The translations under genes and the position numbers were made by a program. The notes below the pieces were generated by a model. That model worked only from the letters and a program-made list of their open reading frames with translations. It searched no databases and was not told the origin of the DNA. From Conidiobolus incongruus B7586 (lineage: Eukaryota), in NCBI GenBank assembly GCA_000697335.1, contig JNEM01011165.1, positions 1-64,000 on the forward strand: a stretch of DNA of 64,000 bases, written 5' to 3'. This document shows positions 54,111 through 64,000 of this stretch, piece by piece. Positions within the stretch are counted from its first letter, which is position 1, and each line of letters begins with the position of its first letter.

Positions 54111-54575
54111 AATCGGGAAACAGATGATGACTTTTTATATATTGAATTAATAACTTACAAAGTTTTATCAGATTCTGATCAAATTCATAAAATTGATGTC
54201 TTTTATACTTATTATCATGGGATATGTTTTATTAAATAGGATAAATGAATGTTTTTATTGGCAAATATTAAATAAAATGATTGAAATTAATATTTCAATC
54301 AGAATCCTGAAACCAACTGGTTTTTTCTTATAATATGCAAAAGATATTATGGGGATGAAAACTGACGCAGGGAAGAGAATTCCATAAAAAGATATGAAAT
54401 ATTAGGCAAAGAGTCAAAAGGATAATTAAAATGAAAAAAAAGGATAAAGTTAAGAGAACAGAGGGCAGGGTCTATTTGAGAGAGTTGAATAGTATGAGTG
54501 TTTCAAACTCATTAAACGGTGGCTCATAAAATGGAATTTTTGGAACCTCACCAGTTTTTAGTACAAGGGGTTAAA

Positions 54576-54980
54576 ATGTCCCCTGAATACACAACGTTCA
54601 CTGACTATTAAGCTACGATGCAAGATTACAATCTCAAATTAATAACATCGAGCATTAAAGCTAATCCTAATAAGAACATATCAAGATAACACCTTTTTAC
54701 TTCCTATTACCTACTAATAATTCTTAAATAACCATACATATTGGATCCTCAAAATGATATATAATCTAGCATTAATACCAATTCATCAAAGATCACTCGA
54801 ACCGAAACTCACGCAACTAGTCATTGTCCAAATTGTCGAGTACCTACTCCTTGTCTTCAGCAATATATTCCAGATCATTATGGCTCTAATATTTCGACGC
54901 CCCACCAATACTTTATTCCAGAAACCGCTAACTGGAACAATTTTAATGAAATCAAAGCAAAAAACTTAAAGCATCAATAA
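54576..54980 (+). pseudogene. Decayed ORF divergent from the primase-helicase, with a CPNC motif
   Basis: Single frame from ATG 54576 to TAA 54980 with four internal TAA: MSPEYTTFTDY*ATMQDYNLKL...HATSHCPNCRVPTPCLQQYIPDHYG...IKAKNLKHQ*. Confidence 0.45.
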
Positions 54981-55708
54981 ATAATATTAATTTTTTTACA
55001 TTTTAATGATTTTATTTTTTATTCAAATGAATATAAACCATAATATTTGTATTACAAATTAATAATGTTATATAAAATTTTAATAAATTTTGAATTACAT
55101 ATTTAAAATTTGTTTTATAAATTTTTTTCAAAAATTTGAGAATTTAATTCAATATAACTAATATATATACTTTTATAATACATTCTCGTATTTCTGATTT
55201 AAATCTATAAAATAAAATAAAATTAAAAATATTTATTTTTTTGGTTGAAAATATGTGTGTTTTTATTGATAACAATTACAACATTTTCTTTGTTCATTCA
55301 CATAAATTTATTCGATCAATTACACTCGAATATCTTTTACGATGCTCAATTATTATTGAGTTCATTTTTATAATATTAAATATGGACAATAAACATTCTT
55401 AGCTTAAGAAGTTTTCTTACCGTATTAGGATATCATCAACCAAGCATTTATTCAATTCTTATCTCTAAAATTTTCTACATAGATTATCTTCGAAATACGA
55501 AATATTTGATTATCTCCATAATATTTTAATATATTTTAATCTTACAATGTTATAAATCATTGTTTTATACTATATATTTATGAATATGAAATTTGGTGTT
55601 AAAGCTTTTCACAGCATAATAATTTATTAAATGTAATTAAAATAATGAGGATGGAATATGAAATGCCAATATGGAAGAATGGAATCGGAAAGTCTTCAAA
55701 CCAGATGA

Positions 55709-55861
55709 TTATGTGTTATCGACTACATTTTTAACAGAACCAATATTTCCAGCAGCTTGGCTGGATTCGACCAGGTTGGGTGTGACGCTATCACTTGCAG
55801 GTATTGCCATCACCGATAAGGAAGCGATCAAGGTGAAAATTTTGACAATTACAGATTTCAT
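55709..55861 (-). CDS. Small secreted peptide (50 aa), possibly truncated by a premature stop
   Basis: MKSVIVKIFTLIASLSVMA/IPASDSVTPNLVESSQAAGNIGSVKNVVDNT*; TATATAAA about 62 nt upstream. The frame continues 23 codons past the stop. Confidence 0.55.
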   Translation of the reverse strand: MKSVIVKIFTLIASLSVMAIPASDSVTPNLVESSQAAGNIGSVKNVVDNT

Positions 55862-56845
55862 GATTATTTAATTGGATTAGAATATGAATTGATAATGCTG
55901 ATAGTTTATACCATCTACCTACTTTATATACTACTTTAATAATTTTCATTTCATATATCACATTCATAAAATTATATCGGAAATTTGCCCAATTCAAGTT
56001 AATCTATTTAAATTTACAAACGAATAAATTTCTAAGTTGTTGATCTTTAACTGATATATTTGAATTGTTTATGGTATTCTTAAAATGTCGGTAATCATAA
56101 ATAGTAAATAAAGGTTAAATATAAAAAATGATTAATTTATTAATATATTACAATGGCCCATTGTATATCTTAATATTATATTCAATTGGTCAACTATAAC
56201 TAGTAATGAATACTCATAATAACCATCATTCAAAATTCTAAAATAGTTGCATTAAAATATCAAAATAATATTTTTTAGATTTGATTAAAATATTGGATTA
56301 TTTTTAAAAAATATTTAAACAATTTTATATGCTCTAAAATTTAAATATAATTTGATATAGTAATCATTTGATTGTCACAATAATTTAAATGATAATTATA
56401 AGTTTATCATGAAACTCCGTTAATTGAGTAAATTCTAAAATAAACCAAGTAATAAAAAATTAATAGTTAGAATTATTTGTATTTCAATTCATTTTTTATT
56501 ATTATTATAATTCAGTATAATATTAACGAATATTCCAAATGTTTTGAATAGAATGTTTTTCTTGAAAAAAATTGAATACAAATTAGAAAATATATTATTA
56601 AAATTAAGATTAACCATATCAAAAAAAATAAAGAATGATATTCATTAACGTAATAAAAATACAATATATATCTAGTAAAATATAAATTTTCAGTTAAATT
56701 GATGTGCTTTTAGTGGCTGAAGATTAATATGCATTATAGGCTGTAATTGAAACTATATGGTAATATAACCATTTTTTAGCGTAAATATTCGATATAAATA
56801 ATAAAAAACTTTGAATCTGATTTACAGTAATATTTTTTTCAATAT

Positions 56846-56916
56846 GCTCGGCTAGCTGAATCAGTAGAGCGTGAGACTTAATCTCAAGATAGTGGGTCCG
56901 ACCCTTACTTTGAGTA
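56846..56916 (+). pseudogene. tRNA-Lys(CUU) pseudogene
   Basis: Alignable to 58749-58821, but with a 2-nt deletion in the anticodon loop (GAGACTTAATCTC), T-loop GTCCGA and mismatched T and acceptor stems. Confidence 0.85.
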
Positions 56917-57403
56917 TTGAAGAATATTTATATCTCTTTTTACCACCAATTTTGTACTAATTGCATTATTTGTATTTATAATTTTCAATTAATATATTAA
57001 ACACTTTCATCATGATAATTATTATCTTATTATTTATTATATATTTAAATTTTATATTTTTTCAAACAATTTAGAGGAATAATTTATTACATAATATATA
57101 AATATGTCTAAATTTTGATTAATTTATTGTAAGGTTTAAAATATTTATTAATATTTATTCTAATTCCATTTATAATTAAACTTGATATATAAATGAATCT
57201 AAATCAATATTTTTTTCATTTCATCATCCTTGTAGATATATTATTCAATAATGCTATATATTAAAACTATGTAATTTACAAATTGGTAATTGGGTTTTTA
57301 ATAACAACTAATTACACAAACCCATAATTATTACCAAAATTGCATTATCACAATAAATCATAATCCTTCTAACTCTGTATTCTTATCAAATCAAGCAATT
57401 AAA

Positions 57404-58460
57404 ATGATTTTAAAACATAGTTTACAGCCTTTATCAAAACAATTTAACTCTAAATTAATTAGAAATTTTTCAAATTACAAAATTTTAAGAAATATTGATA
57501 ACAATATTAATAATAATAATAATAACGAATTTCGTAATTAATTATTAACCCCAATACAATAACTTATTAACAATGTTTTAGCATGGTTATTGAGTGACAG
57601 TAGTCCTAGATTGAAGAAACAACCATTCTTCCACACCGGGACCAATCCCTTCACTTCGTGGTTGCCGAAGAGTTGGCAGGATAATTTGTTTAGTTTTATG
57701 GTCAAGAAGTTTATTTCTGACTATACCGATTTGGAATATTTTGAGGACGAGTTTTTATTAGGAGGTAACTATTAATAGTTTATTATGATACTTTGACATT
57801 AATTATGGGCTAGCTACCTTGGGTTCTCAACAAGCTTTAAAGTTTATTACCGAGGGTAATACTGAGGGTATGAAACAAATTATGACTCCTGAACTGTTTG
57901 AGAGATATCAGAAGGCTTTGAATGAATTGAAGGAACGTAACCAAATCATCGATATTAGTATGAAAAATCCTTCCAAGGCTGAAGTACTCGAATATTGGGC
58001 TACTATTGGCCCTCAAGCTGGTCTCGACGCTCGTAATACACAATATGACGTCAACTTCGTCCGTACCGCGATTTTAATTTCCAAGGCTAAGCCTACTGAT
58101 GATGGTGGATTCTTGGGATCTGTCAAATCCACCACCAGGGACTATACTCAAGGATTTCAGCTCGAAGTTGACGTCAATATCGAAGCTGATATCGACTACC
58201 GTCTCAGTGAAAAAGCTCAAGAACCCGAAGCCAAACCTAGAATTATTTTGCAAGATCAAGCACGTCGCGACATCGTGTTCACCTTCAAATCTCAAGTTTT
58301 TGAACCCATTCCTGAGGAGATTCTCCCCAAGGATTGGGAATGGAAACTCAGTGACATTGATTATTTGTTAAGAGCTGAAAATTTGGAAACGAGGACTCGA
58401 TGGTTCTACCAGCACAAACAAAATTTTATTAATCATTTAAAAAATGATCAAAATGACTAG
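57404..58460 (+). CDS. Probable mitochondrial protein, MAIP1/Tim44-like fold, 3 exons
   Basis: Basic, acid-free N-terminus (MILKHSLQPLSKQFNSKLIRNFS). YFEDEFLLGA..QALKFITEG..IMTPELFE and a C-terminal WEWKLSDID are reminiscent of Tim44-like domains. The family call is tentative. Confidence 0.6.
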
Positions 58461-58748
58461 ATTAATTTCTCTAATATAAATTCAATTTAATACTATATTC
58501 AATGTTTACTATTTTTTATTATATTTTAAAATGACTCAAATTTGAATTAATTCTTTTAATATAACGTCATCAATTATCATTTTAGAATTGGTCATAAGAT
58601 ATTTATTGAATGATTACATCATCATATAAAATTTGAAAATTCAACTAAATACAATAAATTTTTGATTAAAATTTATAAATTTGATTTTTAAATATGTATT
58701 AAATTGATTACAATATAAATATTATAGTAAAATGTTCACAAAAATTAC

Positions 58749-58821
58749 CACCCAACGTGGGGGTCGAACCCACAACCTTGAGATTAAGAGTCTCACGCTC
58801 TACCGATTGAGCTAGCCGGGC
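58749..58821 (-). tRNA. tRNA-Lys(CUU)
   Basis: GCCCGGCTAGCTCAATCGGTAGAGCGTGAGACTCTTAATCTCAAGGTTGTGGGTTCGACCCCCACGTTGGGTG, a canonical eukaryotic Lys-CTT sequence. Confidence 0.95.
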
Positions 58822-59162
58822 TTAATTTCTTATTGCTTGAATTGTGATTATGAAAACTATGTAGTACAAAATCCATATTTTTTTTTCATTCTTTTTGATT
58901 TCTACAATTTATCATACTGCATACCATAATGAAAATCCTTCCACCAATCAAATATTGATTCTAGTGTGATTATAAAATATTTTTAAAATTGAAATACATC
59001 TTTCATTACATATTTAATTTAACTACTACCTAAATCATTATTTTAGTTAATTGAAATTATCATCAAAAAATTTTAAATTTTTATTTAATGATTGATAAAT
59101 TACAGATTTTTTTTGCATTTGATTTAAAATGTAAAAATATCTGTAAATATTGAACTTTTAAA

Positions 59163-59163
<1 letters not shown>

Positions 59164-59194
<31 letters not shown>
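59164..59194. repeat. (TA)n microsatellite
   Basis: About 15 perfect TA units. Confidence 0.95.
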
Positions 59195-59197
<3 letters not shown>

Positions 59198-59361
59198 ATA
59201 AACATAAAACTATTTAAAACATTAAAAAATTTATATATTAAATATTTTTAATATAAACAATCTCAATTGAATATAAGTATTCAATTACCAAAAAATTCCA
59301 ATATTGACAAATTTGATCCAAAAAAAACTATATAAAACACTAAACTATTTATATATTTAAT

Positions 59362-59882
59362 TTAAATGAAAGGATTTTCAATTTCTTCAGAGCCATCGAG
59401 GGGTGTAATCAGGACAATATTGGGACCTCGACATACTAAGAGTCCCAAATCTCTTAAACTCTCTTGGAAGTTTTCGGAATCTTCACCATCTAAACCTAAT
59501 CAAATGTTAATAGTAATACAGAATAATATGAAAGGAATTATTTACTTTTAACAATTTCGACAGTTTCGTCCAACACTAAATTCAATAGGGGGTCGTGACC
59601 TTTCAAAACGCCAATAACTAAAAATCGATTAAAATTGAGTCTCAAATTGTGAATATATTATTACCTTCGCGACCTCCCAAAAATTTCACCTTAATTTTTT
59701 TGTCCATATACTTTGTCAAGTCTAAAATTATCTTTTTAGTTTGGGTTGTGCTGGATTTGTCCTTACTGATATAGGGATTTTCTTTGTCTGTCTTCGTGGT
59801 GGCAGCTGCTTTAGTTGTCTAATAAAAATTGGTTACCTATTGGTTTGTATTAAAATTTGAAGTATGATCTTACTTGACTCAT
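59362..59882 (-). CDS. LSM7: U6 snRNA-associated Sm-like protein Lsm7, 4 exons; absent from the ORF track
   Basis: MSQ/TTKAAA..ILDLTKYMDKKIKVKFLGGRE/VIGVLKGHDPLLNLVLDETVE../..RDLGLLVCRGPNIVLITPLDGSEEIENPFI*. Confidence 0.95.
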
Positions 59883-62800
59883 TTTTTTAATATTAAATTT
59901 TAATCAAATGAATAATTTTTTTTGGATATTTTAAGAATCGACTTTGTGATCCAACCTACTTATTTTTAAAAATTGTAGGAATTAAATTATGGGATTTTTT
60001 TTATTTTTTTTTAAAATTCAAATAATAATATTATATATGAATAATTTATTACTCAAAAATTAGTATTTGAAAATATAAAAATTAAAATTTCTAAATAATC
60101 CAGAATTTTCTGACTATATTTTAATAACTAATTCGGTTATTCTTATAACTACTGCGATTTATTTATAATAGTAACTTACATAACCTTATTAATAACTGAA
60201 ATATTGATAAAAGACTCATTTAGTGAAAATATTTATTGATATAAAATGGATTAAACTGGAAAATAGATGAACAAAAATATTGATAATTAAAATGAAACGT
60301 AAAATAACTAGTAATGGGCTTTGAATATAGTGGAAACTAATGGCTGGTAAATATCGTTTAAAAAATGACGAAGGTGAATAGATTAAAAAAGGAAATTTTT
60401 GTTAGTGAAGTTAAAACCCACACTATGTTGCAAAAAGAATAACTTAGTTATCCTGATTGGATTACTCAACTATCTCATTTTTTCAACTCTTTTTATATCA
60501 GTTCTTATTAGTATTTTAATTATTTGTTCCAACTTCAATCTATTCAATATTTTTTGAACAATTTAGATTAACTTTGAATTATATTTTGATTTGATAAACT
60601 ATAATGAAATATCAATTATCAAATTTTTTTCAATATAATAAATGGATTCATTTTTTTGTTACTAATCAAATTTGTATTTATTCTTTATATTCCAAAAAAA
60701 ATTTAATTACTTGCATTTCTTTTGTTCAATTTAAAATTTGGAAATATTCTCTAAATTTTTTTCATATTATATTATAACTTATATTTTTTAATACTAAATA
60801 TTTAATTACTTTTATATGTTATTTTTTGTTTAAATATTTATAACTTATTTTAACAATATTAAAAATTTCAAGTCATATTGAAATAATTATAGTTTTCAAT
60901 TTTGTACTGATTATAATATCATCAAATATATTAAGTCATTATACCATTAATAAAGGGGTGAGACATATCAATAATATATTTAATCAAAACCAAATAAAGC
61001 CAGTTCTTGTTAGAAAAATAGAATTATCTAATATTGTTTAATATTAATTCAATATCAACATAAGATAACTTTTTCATTAGTTTTATATCATTTGAATTTA
61101 ATCAAAGAATATATTTTATCAAACTATTTTATTATTAAAATTACAATGATATATTATATCAAAAATAAAATACAATCATATTAAATTTTAAGAACAAATT
61201 ATAATTTGGATATTATAAAATAAGAAAAATAAATTCAAGATATAATTAGAAATTATATCAAATATATTAACCCACAAAAATGAGTCATAAAATCAAAAAC
61301 ACTTATATTTTTACTAATAACTTCATTAATATTTAATAAAATAAACTTAAATTAAATAATTAAAATTTATTATATTTATTAATAATATAAATTATTAAAT
61401 AATGATATTTAGTTATTAATTAGTTAAAATATCAACTTTTAAATTTTACCTAAGTTAAATTATAAATTTGTGGGTTTTTAATGATAAAAAAATTAAAACT
61501 TAGTATATTTACTTTTAATATTTTTAACCTCTTTAAGTTTATAAGGTATAAAATCAAGTAACTTATATTAAAAAAAATTAATTTTGTTTTATTTTTCTTA
61601 AATAAATTTTTAAAGCTAATTTAAATTTTTTAATAAAAGAAAAGATTTAATAACTTTTTTTAATAATTTTAGAAATGTTTAATTAAGTTAAAATTAAAAA
61701 ATTAAAGAAGCTACTTTATAATTATTATCTTATTATTTTTAAGCTATTTAATAATAAAAGTTATAATATAATAAAAGGTATTATCTTATTAAAAATAATA
61801 TTAGATTTATTTAACTTATACTATTTAATATTTTTTTTAATTTATTATTTAAAATACTTTAATATATCTTAATATTAATGCTTTTATTAATTTTATAAAA
61901 ATACTTTATATTTAAAAATAACATATATTTTTAAATAATAATTAACTTACTATTATACTTTTAAGTAAAATTAACATAATATTCATAAAGTAATTTTATA
62001 TTTTTTTAAAGCATTTAACTTTTGTATTAAATTTATTAAAATATATTTTGGTTTCATTAAATTAAATAACTTTATTTTAATTAATTTTAATTTAATATTA
62101 ATAGTATTATTTAAACTTTTATTTAATTTTATTATAGAATGTTTTAATTAAAGGTGTTTTTTCTTAATATATAAGTAGTATCTATATTAACATAAAATTA
62201 TATAATAATATTAGTATTAATTAATATTATTATATAATTTTATCATTCTTATTATATTTTTATAATAGTATTATATTTACTTATATTAATTAGATTATAG
62301 ATATATATTTTATTATATTTATTTATAATTTTAATATACTTAAGTTTAAGTTTAAATGTGTTTTTACTATTATTTATAATAACTTTAACTATAATAAATT
62401 AATTAACATTAGTAATTCTAATAATATTATAAATTGATTTATTTTTTTATAAAGTTAATTAATACAAATAAATTCTTTTAAAAAAAGATTTAAGTATAAT
62501 AATAATAATAACAAAAATTTAATATATCTATATAATATTATATAAAATAATAATAAAAAGAGAAAAAAAAATATAACTATATATTATTAAATATATTTTT
62601 TTATCTTAAAAACTTATAGATTTATAACTTATTTTAATTAAATATTAAAGGTTAATATTTTTGCTAATAGTTTATTAAATATATTTAAATATATTTATTT
62701 ATTATCAAATAATATATTTTAATTATATATTATAGTTTCAGATAATCTAATATATACAATTGTTTTAGTTATTAATTAAAATATATATATTGTTAATTTT

Positions 62801-63408
62801 ATAACTTACTTTTATAAGTTAATATATTATAAATTTTAAATTAAATCATTAGTTTTAAATTTTTAAGAAAAAAATAAATTAAAACATATAATATTATTAA
62901 GTATTTGTTTTAAATTTTGAATTTTAGCCTTGGAGAAGTTAAAAAAGTATATAAGTATAACACTACCATCATTAAATATAAATAGAAAAATTTAGTATAA
63001 TTTAAATGATCTAAAATATTAATATTGAAAAATTACAAATTTGAATCAAATATTATTCAAGTTTATTTTAAGTAATATTGATTTTAATTCTAATAGGAGT
63101 AAGTATATTGCTATTGATAGATCAGATTTAAATATCATGTAAAATTTAAGAATAATATATTCATGGAATAATAGACTAGCATATAAATAAGCTAATATGA
63201 ATAGCATAAAATAAAAGTCAATTTAACAGAAAGAATCATAATTTAGATTTAATTGATAACTTTTCAAAAGGTTCCAAATCACATAATGAACATTATTAGT
63301 CTTTGAATTTCAAAGATATGAAGCCTAAGGTTTTATTTTATGATATTAATTAAATATCCTTATTTATATAATATTAATAGCACTTGTAGGCTAAATGTTC
63401 ATTATTTT

Positions 63409-63798
63409 AGATCAGATCCTTCAGTCCTTCAACAAAGACTAAACAAAGCACTATTATATTCGACCAATCCTCAATATTGAGTGAACCTACGGCACATATG
63501 AGCACAGTACCTAAGGGCCGCCATATGCCTTTATTGTGACTGGAATTCGAGAGAAGTGCCCAATCCACTTTAGGTAATCAATCGAGAAATACCCTAATTT
63601 TTCAATATTTCATAAATGACGACACCAAATCCAGTATTAAAACATTCTCCATCAAGAATCATTACCATGTGCAAACACAAGAATACTAAAAATCCAACTC
63701 AAAAACCCATCATACCTTGGCATTGAAGCGATTCAAATCTACCCAACAGTCCAAAAGAATATAAGTCACTCAGACAACATCAAATTCTTCAACAATAA
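63409..63798 (+). other. Possible decayed coding relic
   Basis: GC-richer patch; one frame reads SVLQQRLNKALLYSTNPQY*VNLRHI*AQYLRAAICLYCDWN with several stops. Not identifiable. Confidence 0.25.
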
Positions 63799-64000
63799 CT
63801 CAAATTCAATATCATATATTGATAATTCGTATTAATTTGAGGTTTATAGATAACTTTAATAATCATTCAATTGATTTTATATGAGCTGGTGAAACTAATA
63901 GACTTACTAAATGATTTTGTATTATTAAATCAATGTGGAAAGCTTTTACTCAAATTTTGTGAATGACTAAGATATTTGATAGATATATAGAAATACTAAT

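Noticed and set aside
48898..55232. 18-nt inverted match (AAATAAAATTAAAAATAT) at ~48898-48915 and ~55215-55232 as possible terminal inverted repeats of the primase element
   Set aside because: Purely A/T and low complexity in very AT-rich DNA; no extension and no target-site duplication seen.
59366..59551. 61-aa plus-strand ORF
   Set aside because: Antisense to the last LSM7 exon.
60240..60400. KLENR*...AGKYRLKNDEGE, faintly like a Ty3/Gypsy integrase C-terminal (GPY/F) segment
   Set aside because: Too short and interrupted by stops; no GPY/F core, RT, RNase H or LTR found.
40654..63577. Shared 15-mer ATCCACTTTAGGTAA between the 40 kb relic (minus strand) and the 63.5 kb relic (plus strand)
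   Set aside because: Similarity does not extend; an isolated 15-mer is plausible by chance in 64 kb of biased sequence.
1..64000. CRISPR arrays, rRNA, spliceosomal snRNAs, telomeric repeats
   Set aside because: No repeat-spacer pattern or diagnostic conserved sequences seen by eye; a covariance-model search would be needed to exclude small ncRNAs.

Overview
Very AT-rich eukaryotic DNA with many short (~50 nt) GT-AG introns. The gene content is fungal. An early-diverging, probably entomophthoralean (Conidiobolus-like) host is my inference from composition, intron size and the secreted-protein repertoire. The 1-24 kb and 57-60 kb parts carry housekeeping genes: REX4, MRPL31, a BAG protein, PMT2, MOD5, a ZC4H2-like coiled coil, MIX14, TVP38, a CUE3/ASCC2-like gene, SNX41/ATG20, a MAIP1/Tim44-like gene and LSM7. 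The 26-56 kb part looks accessory: a tandem AA11 LPMO array (two intact copies, one pseudogene), three small families of secreted peptides or proteins, a fatty acid elongase and decayed ORFs. The standout feature is an intact, intron-containing ~1087-aa virus-type primase-helicase (AEP + Zn finger + D5/SF3 helicase; 50739-54110, minus strand). It is flanked on both sides by decayed ORFs and lies near a tRNA-Asp gene, so it is a candidate endogenous viral or novel mobile element, or a domesticated viral replication gene. Four intact tRNA genes and one tRNA pseudogene are also present. All family calls come from recalled motifs, not database searches.
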